Shown one piece after another: positions 45,586-55,670 of a stretch of DNA of 64,000 bases. This stretch comes from an uncultured Gemmatimonadaceae bacterium (GTDB taxonomy: Bacteria; Gemmatimonadota; Gemmatimonadetes; Gemmatimonadales; Gemmatimonadaceae), in assembly GCA_963829055.1 (NCBI GenBank), contig CAWHHI010000020.1, positions 960,001 to 1,024,000 of the forward strand, in the 5' to 3' direction. Within the stretch, counting starts at the first letter, position 1, and each line of letters opens with the position of its first letter. The notes beneath the pieces are model-generated. The model saw only the letters and a list, made by a program, of their open reading frames with translations. It made no database searches and was not told the origin of the DNA. The translations under genes and the position numbers were made by a program.

Positions 45586-48174
45586 TCAGAAGAGAAACCC
45601 CGTCCGGAGGTACAGCCCCGTGCGCTCGGCCCCGTGCGCGATACCGACGGTGACGGTGTTCGTCCGTTTCAGCGGGGCAAGCCAGATCCCGCCGCCGAAC
45701 GCCGTGTGCCACTCACTCGAGCTCTCTCCCGTTGCGTAGACGCGACCGGCGTCGGCGAGTCCGAACATCCCGAGCTCGTTAGGAATGAAGAGGACGAATC
45801 TCGCCAGCGCGAGCCGCAGCTCGGCATTGCCGAAGACGGATGATCGACCCGCGAACCGCTGCTCACTCCAGCCGCGGATTGTCGCGGCCCCGCCGGCGAA
45901 CGCGGCCTCATGGAAGGGGACGTCCCCCCACACATGCTCGCCACCGACGCGCAGCGCGAGCGTCGGATCGAGCGGCGCCGGGACGCTCAGGTATGTCGCG
46001 GCCGTCCCGGACGCCTTACCGAAGGTATGTTCGACATCCCACAGGGCTGGATAGAGTGCCCCGTCGGCAGTGAGCTGAACCCCTCGCACCGCGGCGACGG
46101 GATTGTCCCGCGTGTCGACCGCGAGACGTACCCGGGCGCCGGCCTGGCCGAAGTGCGGAGTGCCGTATGGACGGGTCGTACCAATCAACGTGTTGCTCGG
46201 TAGCTCGGTAGTCGTGTACTGCGCTTCGGCACCGAGAGACAGCGTTAGGTGTGGCCTGACATCGACCGTGTACGCAGGCACGAGGAGATACTGCGTCTGA
46301 TGCACGCGGTAGAAATCACTCGGCTCGTCGGATCGGGTTTCGTTGCCCGCCCCGAAAAAGCGAATCACCTCGATCCCCGACGCCCTCGCGGCGAGCGTCA
46401 TGTACTGTCGCGAGTTCGGCCGCCGGAACTCGGCAGTCAGCAGCGCGCGGGGTCTGTTCGCCTCGAGTGCGTAGCCCGCCTCCATCGTTATGCGCGAAGC
46501 ATAGGGGACGGAACGGAACCCGTACCGGTACAGCGTACGACCGCCGCCCACGAAGAGTCCGACCTCGGGTCCGTAGGTCGTCCACGGAGCGGGACGCCAT
46601 TCGTGGCCCCAATCCCGATGCGGGTCTTGCGGTCGCTTGGCGGGGGGCGCGTCATACGACCGATGATCGACTCGTGCGTCGGACCCCTGCACACGACTGG
46701 CGCGGCCCGACGCGTCATAGAAGCGGGCCGGCTCGCCGCTGGTACTCGACGAGTCCACGAAGTCGTCGTCGCCGGCGCCGGCGACGATTCGCACTGTCAC
46801 ACGCCGCGCGGCGTGTCCTCGTAGCACCACGCGGTCGTTGCCGCCGAAGAGATAGATTCGTACCTCCTTCGTGTCGGTCGGCGCGAAGCGACGGCGGAAG
46901 TACGCTGCTGCGGACGGGCTCTGCTCGGACGCCAGCGGAGAGAGCGAGACCTCCACACCGCCGTCGTCGAGACTGACTACCTCCGCGAGATCGGGTGCAT
47001 CGGTTCCACGGACGTCGACCTCGCGGGCGAGGAGTCGGTAGAACTCCGCCGCGGCGGCGGGAAGGTGGTCGCGGCGTGAGACGAGCGTCCGTCGGAGATG
47101 CGCGCCGTTCACCCTAACGAGTGGTGCCGGCATGGCCGCGATGGCATCGTCGATCACCGAGTCGCTGAGCTGCGCTTGCAGTGCCCGCGCGACAGAGTCC
47201 CAGACGGGCCGCTCGAGACCCGTCAGCAGGCGGCGATCGATTTCGCGGCCGTTCCACGTCAGCCCCAGCATGCCCGGATACGCCGCATCGAAGCTGACGA
47301 GCAGAGGATACCACGCCCGCGCGATCGAGAGTAACAGCCCCTCGTGCTTGACGAACGCCATGTCGCGGTCACGCGGGACGGGCTCCCACAGCGCGTTCGT
47401 TTCCGCGCGGAAGTTCGCCCACCGCCACTGGTCGCGATGTCGGTCGCGGTCGCCAACGAACACGTCGAAGAGTCGCGCCGCGAGAAAGGCCGGCGCGTCG
47501 AAGCGCGTCCTGGCGGACTTCCGCAAACGGTCGAACAGATCCTCGGAGCTGATCTCGTCGAGAGCGCCCGGCGAGACCAGCGTTTCGTCGAAGCCGGGGC
47601 CCGGGCGCTCCTCGAAGGTGCCCAGCTGGTTCGCGAAATCGGCGCGGAACTCGCCGAGCAACGGATGGTCCGGGAGCGCCACGAGTCTCGGGTGTGCGTG
47701 GCGAATCCTCGTGGCATCGAGCAATCGCGCGACGACGAGCGCGCTCGCCGGATGGAAGGAGCTCACCTGGTCCTGGAGCACCTGATCGACGAGCGTCTCG
47801 CGCAGGTCGGGCGGCAGCGCGCGTGACGGGTCCTTGTCGAGGGATCGGAAGACGTACGTGTGGCCGTCGGCGCCGTCGAAGCGGAGCGATCTCGTTTGCA
47901 GTCCACCGCCGCGCCGCGTGGGCTTGAGTCCGCCGGCGAACGTGCTCAGGTCGAGCACCTCGAAAGGAATGGGCGTCGCCCAGAGCGCGCGGTAGTTGGT
48001 GCCGAGCATCGCGCGATGCAGTCGCCCAGCAGGGTACCCGGCGCCCGGCGCGGCGACCACGGTGTCCCGCGGCGCGGGCTGTGTGGATGACGTGCCGGTG
48101 GCCGGAACCTGCGCGCGAGCGGCCGCCGCCAGACCCGCCAGCGCGACGGCGGAGAAACGCGTCCTAACGCGCAC
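45586..48174 (-). CDS. Omp85/BamA-TamA-like outer-membrane protein with N-terminal atypical kinase-like domain
   Basis: Signal peptide; GGGLQTRSL, GDRDRHRDQWRW, PRDRD; barrel motifs DTRDN, IRGWSEQRFAG, DAGRV; terminal GFLF. Confidence 0.82.
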   Translation of the reverse strand: MRVRTRFSAVALAGLAAAARAQVPATGTSSTQPAPRDTVVAAPGAGYPAGRLHRAMLGTNYRALWATPIPFEVLDLSTFAGGLKPTRRGGGLQTRSLRFDGADGHTYVFRSLDKDPSRALPPDLRETLVDQVLQDQVSSFHPASALVVARLLDATRIRHAHPRLVALPDHPLLGEFRADFANQLGTFEERPGPGFDETLVSPGALDEISSEDLFDRLRKSARTRFDAPAFLAARLFDVFVGDRDRHRDQWRWANFRAETNALWEPVPRDRDMAFVKHEGLLLSIARAWYPLLVSFDAAYPGMLGLTWNGREIDRRLLTGLERPVWDSVARALQAQLSDSVIDDAIAAMPAPLVRVNGAHLRRTLVSRRDHLPAAAAEFYRLLAREVDVRGTDAPDLAEVVSLDDGGVEVSLSPLASEQSPSAAAYFRRRFAPTDTKEVRIYLFGGNDRVVLRGHAARRVTVRIVAGAGDDDFVDSSSTSGEPARFYDASGRASRVQGSDARVDHRSYDAPPAKRPQDPHRDWGHEWRPAPWTTYGPEVGLFVGGGRTLYRYGFRSVPYASRITMEAGYALEANRPRALLTAEFRRPNSRQYMTLAARASGIEVIRFFGAGNETRSDEPSDFYRVHQTQYLLVPAYTVDVRPHLTLSLGAEAQYTTTELPSNTLIGTTRPYGTPHFGQAGARVRLAVDTRDNPVAAVRGVQLTADGALYPALWDVEHTFGKASGTAATYLSVPAPLDPTLALRVGGEHVWGDVPFHEAAFAGGAATIRGWSEQRFAGRSSVFGNAELRLALARFVLFIPNELGMFGLADAGRVYATGESSSEWHTAFGGGIWLAPLKRTNTVTVGIAHGAERTGLYLRTGFLF

Positions 48175-48204
48175 GCCGATATGCGGCGTAGCAGAGCGAC
48201 CGGC

Positions 48205-51200
48205 TCATCGGAGCCCGGCCGGCTGGTCGTACGCGGCGGACGAAGGCGCAAGTGCCGTTCGGCCGGTCACGTTAGGCGTGACGGGCCGCTGTGCGTAGGT
48301 CCCGTCCGGCGCGAGCACCCACGCGGTGGGGTCGGCGAGCTCGCGATCGAGGATCCCGTCGAGCCGTGCACGCAGGCGCGGCTCGTGGACCGGCGCCAGG
48401 ACCTCGACGCGCCGGCGCAGATTCCTCGGACGCAGATCGGCCGATCCGATGAAGTACTCCGGGTCGCCACCGTTGGCGAAGACCACGACGCGCGCGTGCT
48501 CGAGAAAGCGCCCGAGCAGGCTGACGACGCGGATCCGGTCGGCTGTGCCCGCGGCCCCTGGGCTGAGCGTGCAGATGCCGCGCACGATCAGCTCGATCTC
48601 GACGCCCGCACGGGCGGCGCGGTACAGCGCGCGCACGACGTCGGCATCGGAAAGTCCGTTGAGCTTCATCCGGATCTGCCCCCCGCGCCCCGAGCGGGCG
48701 TGATCCGCCTCCCGCTCGATCCGCTCGATCAAGCCCGGGAGCAGGCCGGCCGGCGCGACGAGGCAGTCGCGATACGGGTGAGCGGCGAGCGCCAATGATC
48801 CGGTGAGCGCGTTGAACAGATCGTTGACGTCCGCACACAGTGTCTCGCGGGCGGTGAGCAGACCGAAGTCGGTGTACGCGCGCGCGGTCTCAGCGTTGTA
48901 GTTGCCAGTGCCGACGTGGACATAGCGGCGCGGGATGCCGTCCTCTCGACGCACGACCATCGCGACCTTCGCGTGGTTCTTGACGCCCTGCACGCCGTGG
49001 ACGACGTGCACGCCGGCCGCCTCGAGGTGCTTCGCCCACGTGACGTTCCGCTCCTCGTCGAAACGCGCTTTCAGCTCGACGAACGCCGTCACGTCCTTGC
49101 CGGCTTTGGCGGCGCGAGCCAGCGCATCGACTATGGGGGACCGCTCCCCTGCCCGGTACAGCGTCACTCTGATTGCCGCCACGTCGGGATCATCGGCGGC
49201 TTCATCGAAGAAGTGCTCGACCGTCGACGAAAAGGCGTCGTAGGGATGGTGGAGCAACACGTCGTGCTCGCGGAGCGTTTCCCAGAGCGGCCGACTGACG
49301 TCGAGGTGCGCGTTAGGCTGAAACGGCGGGAAGCGAAGCTCGGGGCGCGGCAGTCCGGCGATCTGTCGCAAGGCGCCGGGATCCATGAGCCCATCGATCT
49401 CGTACACCTCATCCGCGCCGAGCCCGCCGCGTTGCGCTCCCGGCTCGAGCTGCAGCTCATGCAGCAGCCGATCGCGGATGGCGGCCGGCATCGCGCGCTC
49501 GACCTCGACCCGGACAACCGGCTGGTGGCGTCGGCGCTGCGTGCTCTCCGCGATGGCCTGCGCCAGATTGCCCGCGTGCCGCTCGTCCACGTCGAGGTCG
49601 GCGTACCGTGTCACGCGGAACAGGTATGCGTGTTCGACGCGGCGACCAGGATAGAGCGCGTCGAGCTCGTGGCGGATCACGTCCTCCAGCGCGACGAAGT
49701 CGTCGCTGTCCGGGAGCCTAACGAACCGGGGAACTGCCGCCGGCACGACGAGGTCCCCGATATGACGCGCCGCCCCGGCGTGCGGGCCCCGCGCCATGAC
49801 CACCATGCATAACGTGAGATCTGGTATGAGGGGGAACGAGAGCCCCGGCGTCGCGGTGATCGCGCGCGGCGTCAGGTACGGAAAGACGGTGGACCGGAAG
49901 TAGGTGCGCAGGTAGTCACGCTGCGCCGCGCTCAGCTCACCCGGCGCACGAAGGAAGATTCCCGCCTCAGCGAGAGCCTGTCGGCAGACATCGATGCAGC
50001 GGTATTGTCGCGCTATCATCGTCCGCACCCGGCGCGAGATCGCCTCGAGCCGAGGCCCCGCCACCTGCCCGCCCGCCTCGGCGGCCACCTCGAGACTCCC
50101 GTACTTCATGCCGCCCATCCTGACCATGAAGAACTCGTCGAGGTTCGCGTTCACGATCGACAGGTAGCGCACACGCTCCAGCAGTGGAACGGATTCACTC
50201 TCCGCGAGCGCGAGCACGCGCTCGTTGAACGCGAGTAGACTCAGATCGCCGTCGAGCAACGGTTCTTCCGCGGACACCGCTTCCATCGCTGGGTCAGTGG
50301 CCACCGTGCGGAAGTCCGCGGTGTAGCCAGTCTCGGATTCGCTCCCGGCCGCGGGCGCTTCGGACAGCCCGGCAAGGAGCCCGGACCGATCGAACGTCGT
50401 CAACGCCGCGACTGTCGGAGGATCCGAAACCAGCGACGAGCCAACTCTCCGCTGCAGGTCGGCTACCGGCATCCACTCGACGTTGGACGTCCGCTCGGGT
50501 CGCGCCGACCTCTCGACGTGCGTCGCGATCCACACCTCGAGCGATTGCCATCGCCCATCGGCGCGGACGGTCGACAGGAGATGCAGGTCCCCGACGGCAC
50601 TCCCGAGCACGTGGCGCATCGAATGGCGGCAGGCGTCTTCGCCGCGTCCCTCGGCGATCGGAAGACGGCGCATGTCGCCATCCACGATGCAGGCGGCCTG
50701 GAGGCCGTCGAGCGCAATGATCACAACCCATTGCCCGGACCCAACCGCCCTGGCCAGCGCTTCGCTCTCGAGCGCCGCACGGAGAAGCGCGCCGCGCACC
50801 GGCCTGTCGGTCGTGATCGTGCGGAGAGCGTAGGCCTCGCGTAGCGCCCGCGACAGTTGTTCGAAGCTCGGTTTCCCCGCGCGCACTTCGCGCAGCTCGA
50901 CTTCCTGGAACGTGCGCGCGAGACCCGCCGCCCGCACCGTGACGACGTCGTAGGTCAGCTCGAAGCGCGCCCGCCGCAGCCACCCCGCTGAGAGCTCGCG
51001 CGTATGACGCTCGGTCTCCAGGTCGAGTTGGACGTCCAGCGCCGCGGGGCTCACGAGCCCACGGAGGAGACGAGCCGGTTCGCTCGGCCCCTCACACGCC
51101 GAGCGCGGCTCATCGGCCACCACCGCGGCTTCCAGCTTCCGGAGCTCGGGACGGCCGTTCACATGAGCGAGCAGAGATACCAGGAGCTCGCAGCGTTCAT

Positions 51201-51390
51201 CCGTCCGGAGCCGGAACCGGCACGTCGCGCCCCGTTGTCGTAAGGCGCCGTCAGCGGTGTCGAGGTAGAGATCGCGATGAAAGCGCGGCCCCACTGGCTG
51301 GCCCTGGAGGCCGAACGGCAGCGGCTCAGCCACCAATCGGCGGAGCGCCGCGGCGGTTGGTACGTCCCAGCAGGCATCAGCTCTGGTCAC
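48205..51390 (-). CDS. ppk1: Polyphosphate kinase 1 with N-terminal CYTH-like and degenerate Nudix-like domains
   Basis: SLLAFNERVL, NLDEFFMVR, LLHHPY, TLYR, ELKARFDE..N, KNHAK, GTGNYN, RGIC, GRFLEH, SAD..RNL.RRVE; GTG overlaps the DUF4956 stop. Confidence 0.93.
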   Translation of the reverse strand: MTRADACWDVPTAAALRRLVAEPLPFGLQGQPVGPRFHRDLYLDTADGALRQRGATCRFRLRTDERCELLVSLLAHVNGRPELRKLEAAVVADEPRSACEGPSEPARLLRGLVSPAALDVQLDLETERHTRELSAGWLRRARFELTYDVVTVRAAGLARTFQEVELREVRAGKPSFEQLSRALREAYALRTITTDRPVRGALLRAALESEALARAVGSGQWVVIIALDGLQAACIVDGDMRRLPIAEGRGEDACRHSMRHVLGSAVGDLHLLSTVRADGRWQSLEVWIATHVERSARPERTSNVEWMPVADLQRRVGSSLVSDPPTVAALTTFDRSGLLAGLSEAPAAGSESETGYTADFRTVATDPAMEAVSAEEPLLDGDLSLLAFNERVLALAESESVPLLERVRYLSIVNANLDEFFMVRMGGMKYGSLEVAAEAGGQVAGPRLEAISRRVRTMIARQYRCIDVCRQALAEAGIFLRAPGELSAAQRDYLRTYFRSTVFPYLTPRAITATPGLSFPLIPDLTLCMVVMARGPHAGAARHIGDLVVPAAVPRFVRLPDSDDFVALEDVIRHELDALYPGRRVEHAYLFRVTRYADLDVDERHAGNLAQAIAESTQRRRHQPVVRVEVERAMPAAIRDRLLHELQLEPGAQRGGLGADEVYEIDGLMDPGALRQIAGLPRPELRFPPFQPNAHLDVSRPLWETLREHDVLLHHPYDAFSSTVEHFFDEAADDPDVAAIRVTLYRAGERSPIVDALARAAKAGKDVTAFVELKARFDEERNVTWAKHLEAAGVHVVHGVQGVKNHAKVAMVVRREDGIPRRYVHVGTGNYNAETARAYTDFGLLTARETLCADVNDLFNALTGSLALAAHPYRDCLVAPAGLLPGLIERIEREADHARSGRGGQIRMKLNGLSDADVVRALYRAARAGVEIELIVRGICTLSPGAAGTADRIRVVSLLGRFLEHARVVVFANGGDPEYFIGSADLRPRNLRRRVEVLAPVHEPRLRARLDGILDRELADPTAWVLAPDGTYAQRPVTPNVTGRTALAPSSAAYDQPAGLR

Positions 51391-52472
51391 AGAAACTCGA
51401 CTCCTACGACGTGCGGGGCGCCGCGCTCGCGGAGCGTGTTGAGGAACCCGGGACGACCATCCTTGCGGAGGCGGATCAGGTAGTCGAGCGTGAAGCGGCC
51501 GTCGTCGGCGGGCATGAGACCGGCGAGCTCCCAACGTTTGGCGCTCTCTCCGAGCACAGCCTCCACGACCGACTGGCTCACTCCAGGGTCCACGGTGTGG
51601 ATACGCAGCCTCGTGGTCCGCTGCGATTCCGTGGGCGCCGCGCGATGATCGGCGCTGATGGCGAGTTGCCGGCGCCACGCCCCCGCGGCGCTGGCGAAGC
51701 GCTCGTCGCTGGTCCAGTCGTCACTGCCGTCGGGCGCTGCCCTTGCCGCAGCCGCTGTGCGTGTCCGAATCGGGGCCAGCTTCGGGAGGCGCGCCAACCG
51801 CGCGAGGCCCCCACGGATCCCGGGGGTCGGCGCTCGGGCGAAATCGATCCACCAGAGTCCGAGCACGCAAACGTTGAACACCACCGACGTGGCGATTCCG
51901 ACGACGAGCACGCCGACGGCAGCCGAGATGCCGATCGTGGTCGCGATGAAGATGTAGACGCCGTCCTTCGTGTCGTCGAGCGTGTTCCGAAATCGCAGCA
52001 CGGCTACGACGCCCCCGAGGCTGAACGCGAGGGCGAGGCTGTCCTGGATGAGCACGAGCATCCCCGCGATGGCGACGGGCAGCAGGATGAGCGTGTGCAC
52101 CATCGATTGCTGAAATCCGCGCTTGCGACGAGTGAGCGAGTACACCCAAGCCAGCGGTAGCGTCGTCGTCAGCGCACCGGCGAGCGCCAGGAGCGTAAAG
52201 GTCAGCAGGCTCCAGCCGCCGAACTGACCCGATTGGAGTGGAGCACGGGCTACGTCGGACCGGGAAAGCGAGCCCGAGAGCTCACCCAGGCGACCCGACT
52301 CGAGGAGCCCTCTGAGGGAGGGAAACCGGCGCCAGAGCAGGCCGAGCGCGGCAATGAACACCGCGTAGTACGCGATGATCCAGAGCAGTCGCCTCGCCGC
52401 GGCGGAAAGCCGCGGTTCGCTGGCGTCCAATCGTTCGCCGAGGTGCGCGGCTCGCTCTTGCTGCCTGGTCAT
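51387..52472 (-). CDS. DUF4956-domain membrane protein
   Basis: DSLALAFSLGGVVAVLRFRNTLDDTKD..YIF..IG, with several TM helices. Confidence 0.88.
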   Translation of the reverse strand: MTRQQERAAHLGERLDASEPRLSAAARRLLWIIAYYAVFIAALGLLWRRFPSLRGLLESGRLGELSGSLSRSDVARAPLQSGQFGGWSLLTFTLLALAGALTTTLPLAWVYSLTRRKRGFQQSMVHTLILLPVAIAGMLVLIQDSLALAFSLGGVVAVLRFRNTLDDTKDGVYIFIATTIGISAAVGVLVVGIATSVVFNVCVLGLWWIDFARAPTPGIRGGLARLARLPKLAPIRTRTAAAARAAPDGSDDWTSDERFASAAGAWRRQLAISADHRAAPTESQRTTRLRIHTVDPGVSQSVVEAVLGESAKRWELAGLMPADDGRFTLDYLIRLRKDGRPGFLNTLRERGAPHVVGVEFL

Positions 52473-52725
52473 CGATAACCCGCCTTCGCGCGAGCGATCC
52501 GCATCCGGTGCCAGGCGACAAGCACAGCTCGAGCGTTGTCGGGTGTCACCAGCCGCGTCGCCGGCACGGGTTCGCCGTCAACTGTTTCCGAGCGTACACA
52601 TTTGTAGTGCGTAGAATTGATGTCAAGCTGAGTCAGCCGCTACGGAGGACTGTCGAGAACCCCGTCTCGGCTCCGACTTACCGGCAACGGACACACGCCC
52701 GTCAACTCAGCTAACGGAGACGATC

Positions 52726-53178
52726 ATGCCGACCATCACGCCGTTCCTCTGGTTCGACACACAGGCCGAAGAGGCCATGAACTTCTACGCCTCGGTCTTC
52801 GAGCGCTCGCGGGTCGTCTCGGTCAGTCGCGCAGGGGGCAAGGTGATGACCGTCGAGTTCGAGCTGGAGGGGCAGAAGTTCATGGCCCTGAATGCCGGCC
52901 CGGCGTTCATGTTCAACGAGTCCATCTCGTTCTTCGTGGGGTGCGAGACGCAGCAGGAGATCGATGACTACTGGGACAAGCTCACCGCGGACGGCGCACC
53001 CGGTCGTTGCGGCTGGCTCAAGGACAAATACGGCCTGTCGTGGCAGATCGTCCCCAAAGCGCTTGGTCGCCTGCTCGGTGGTAGCGACGGCGCGAAGTCG
53101 AAGCGCGTCATGGACACGCTGATGCAAATGAACAAGCTCGACGTGAATGCGCTGCAGCGGGCGTACGACGGAGCGTAA
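52726..53178 (+). CDS. VOC/PhnB-like protein (3-demethylubiquinone-9 3-methyltransferase family)
   Basis: ITPFLWFD..AEEA..FY..ALNAGP..FNESISF..CGWLKDKYGLSWQIVP. Confidence 0.95.
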   Translation: MPTITPFLWFDTQAEEAMNFYASVFERSRVVSVSRAGGKVMTVEFELEGQKFMALNAGPAFMFNESISFFVGCETQQEIDDYWDKLTADGAPGRCGWLKDKYGLSWQIVPKALGRLLGGSDGAKSKRVMDTLMQMNKLDVNALQRAYDGA

Positions 53179-53221
53179 GGAATGGCGACAACGCGGGCCG
53201 TGTGACGCCAGGTCTTCGCGC

Positions 53222-53752
53222 TCAGCGTTGCACCGCCCCGTCCGCCGGCCGGTGGAAGGCGACCGCGTGTTCAGCGTTGATCGCGGCGAGCCTCGCGAAG
53301 TCCGGTGGACCTGGCACCGCGAATACCTCGGCAGCGCGCGCGAAATAGCGCTCGAACCCACTCGGCGTCGTCAGCACCCAGTGCCGGCCCGTAGTCTCGC
53401 TGACGACCTTGAACGTGTGGACGCTGCCGCGCGGGAGATACACGACGCTCCCCGGCCCGGCGTTCGTCCACTCGCCGTCGATGAAGACGCTGTACTCACC
53501 CTCGACGATGATGAACAGCTCGTCCTCGGCGAAGTGTACGTGAGCCGGCGGCCCATTGCCCACGGCCACTTCGGCGAGGCCGAGCGTGAGCGAGCCAGCG
53601 GTCTGTTCGCCAGTCAGCACGAACGCGATTTCGTTACCGAACGAGCGAACGCGCTGGCCCTGACCTGGGCGCACGATGCTGGCGATCCGGCGCGGTGCGT
53701 CTACTGGCGCGGCGGTCGGTGAATCGACGACAGTGGATTCGAGCACGGGCAT
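53222..53752 (-). CDS. Cupin-domain protein (quercetin dioxygenase-like)
   Basis: GPPAHVH..EDELF....G..PRGSVHTF..PSGFERYF. Confidence 0.88.
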   Translation of the reverse strand: MPVLESTVVDSPTAAPVDAPRRIASIVRPGQGQRVRSFGNEIAFVLTGEQTAGSLTLGLAEVAVGNGPPAHVHFAEDELFIIVEGEYSVFIDGEWTNAGPGSVVYLPRGSVHTFKVVSETTGRHWVLTTPSGFERYFARAAEVFAVPGPPDFARLAAINAEHAVAFHRPADGAVQR

Positions 53753-53962
53753 AGGGAGCACCTGAATAGACGGCACGGATGGTCGAGACCGATTGAAGGA
53801 TTGACTGCATCGACGATATGGGCGCATGGGGCCTCGCGCATGGGTCGCATGACCTACGGTCGGATCAGGGCTGCCCCGCCGCCGTGATCCGGCCCTGTCG
53901 GGCGCGGGGCCCAGGTCCCATTTTCCGGACGCCCTGATTCTTTCACGCCGAGGCGAGACATC

Positions 53963-55141
53963 ATGTCGACCGACCGTCGCACCTTCCTCAAGCTCTCAGC
54001 CGTCGCGAGCGGCGCGCTCGCCCTGTCCAATACCCGCAACGCACTGGGGGCGCTGCCTCCGCGATCGGACCCACGTAATACTGACGCGACTGGCCGAGCC
54101 GCCGCGCCGCTCAACATGCTCATCCTCGGCGGCACCGGCTTCACGGGCCCCGAGCAGGTGAACTACGCGCTCGCGCGCGGCCACAAGGTGACGCTGTTCA
54201 ATCGCAACAAGACGCGCCCGGACATGTTCAAGGGCAAGGTCGACCAGCTCATCGGCGACCTGGGCGCGGACGCGAGTGCGCTCAAGGGGAAGAAGTTCGA
54301 CGTCGTGCTCGACAACCCGACGACGTTCCCGTTCTGGGTGCGTAACGCGGCCCAGTACCTCGAAGGCAATGTCGGCCACTACATCTTCATCTCGACGCTG
54401 TCGGTGTACCCCGACAACAGCAAGCCTGGTGCGGACGAGAGCGACGGCACGACACCGATGCCGGAAGGCGTCGACCCCTACACGATCGTGCGCGAGCACG
54501 CCGGCCAGTACTACGGCGCGCTCAAGACGTTCTCCGAACAGGAAGTCGCGAAGCACTACGCGAAGGCATTCACCATCGTGCGGTCCGGCCTCATCGTCGG
54601 CCCGCTCGACCGCTCCGACCGCTTCACGTACTGGCCCGCGCGCATCGACCGCGGTGGTGAGGTGCTCGCGCCCGGCACGCCTAACGATCCGTCACAGATC
54701 ATCGACTCGCGCGACCTCGCCGAGTTCATGATCCGGCTGGCCGAGGGCAAGGTGCTCGGCACGTACAACGCGATGGGTCCGGCGAAGCCGACGACGATGG
54801 CTGAGGTGCTGTATGGCATCAAGGCCGTGACGACGGCGGGGGCGAGCTTCACCTGGGTGCCTAACGACTTCCTGACCGCGCAGGGCGTGCGCGGCTGGCG
54901 CCACATGCCGATCTGGCTTCCGCCCGAGGGGCGGACGGCGGGCTTCCTGAGCCGCAGCAACGCGAAGGCAGTGGCCGCGGGGCTGACGTTCCGCCCGCTG
55001 GCGGTGACGGCGAAGGACACGCTCGACTGGCACAAGACGCGTCCCGAAGCGGAACAGAAGGCGACACTCGAGGGCGCGATCGCCGGTATCCCGCCGGCGA
55101 AGGAGGCGGAAGTGCTGGCGGCGTGGAAGGCGAAGGCCTGA
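53963..55141 (+). CDS. Tat-exported NAD-dependent epimerase/SDR (isoflavone reductase-like)
   Basis: DRRTFLK; ILGGTGFTG; YGALK; GLIVGP.D.SDRFTYWP. Confidence 0.92.
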   Translation: MSTDRRTFLKLSAVASGALALSNTRNALGALPPRSDPRNTDATGRAAAPLNMLILGGTGFTGPEQVNYALARGHKVTLFNRNKTRPDMFKGKVDQLIGDLGADASALKGKKFDVVLDNPTTFPFWVRNAAQYLEGNVGHYIFISTLSVYPDNSKPGADESDGTTPMPEGVDPYTIVREHAGQYYGALKTFSEQEVAKHYAKAFTIVRSGLIVGPLDRSDRFTYWPARIDRGGEVLAPGTPNDPSQIIDSRDLAEFMIRLAEGKVLGTYNAMGPAKPTTMAEVLYGIKAVTTAGASFTWVPNDFLTAQGVRGWRHMPIWLPPEGRTAGFLSRSNAKAVAAGLTFRPLAVTAKDTLDWHKTRPEAEQKATLEGAIAGIPPAKEAEVLAAWKAKA

Positions 55142-55260
55142 GCGCCCCGGAAACGCTACGCTACTCGCCTCCCGGTGATTCAGGCGCAACCGGGAGGCGT
55201 GCGGCTCCCCGAGCAGGCGTGACCGTACGATTCTAACACGACCCCGACCTGGAGACCGTC

Positions 55261-55632
55261 ATGTCTTGTTTTCGCCGCGCGCTCATTGGCGCCCTGATCC
55301 TGATGATGCCGGCGGCGCTCGCGGCGCAGACGCTGACGCCCGGAACGTGGACCGGATCGATTTCGCCACCGTCCGAGCAGAAGCTCGACGTGACGTTCGA
55401 TGTTCGCATGAGCGGCGATACGACGAAGATCACGATGAAGGGTGCCGGCAACGAGCTCGCTTTCGACGACGTCAAGGTGGCGGCGAGTCTTCTCGTCTTC
55501 ACGTTCTCACCCGGCGGCGGAGGCACGATCCGCTGCTCGCTGGCGCTTCAGGCCGACAAGAGCTATTCGGGCGACTGCGTCGACCCGCAAGGCGGGAAGG
55601 GCCAGATCGTCATGCGGCCGCCGAAGTCGTAG
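55261..55632 (+). CDS. Small secreted hypothetical protein (paralog of 61464..61832)
   Basis: GGAG RBS; signal peptide; GTWTG; two Cys. Confidence 0.85.
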   Translation: MSCFRRALIGALILMMPAALAAQTLTPGTWTGSISPPSEQKLDVTFDVRMSGDTTKITMKGAGNELAFDDVKVAASLLVFTFSPGGGGTIRCSLALQADKSYSGDCVDPQGGKGQIVMRPPKS

Positions 55633-55670
55633 CCTAACGACTCATCGCGGTCGGACATGGTCCGGTCGAC

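Noticed and set aside
52595..52645. Pho box upstream of the DUF4956-ppk1 operon
   Set aside because: A minus-strand TTGACA (52626-52621) is present, but the GTCA half-sites are 10 bp apart and on the opposite strand; not convincing.
49723..54678. 5-kb gap in the GTTAGG motif as a marker of foreign DNA
   Set aside because: It is the largest of about 78 intervals and begins inside ppk1, which has the motif elsewhere; a hand count cannot establish significance.
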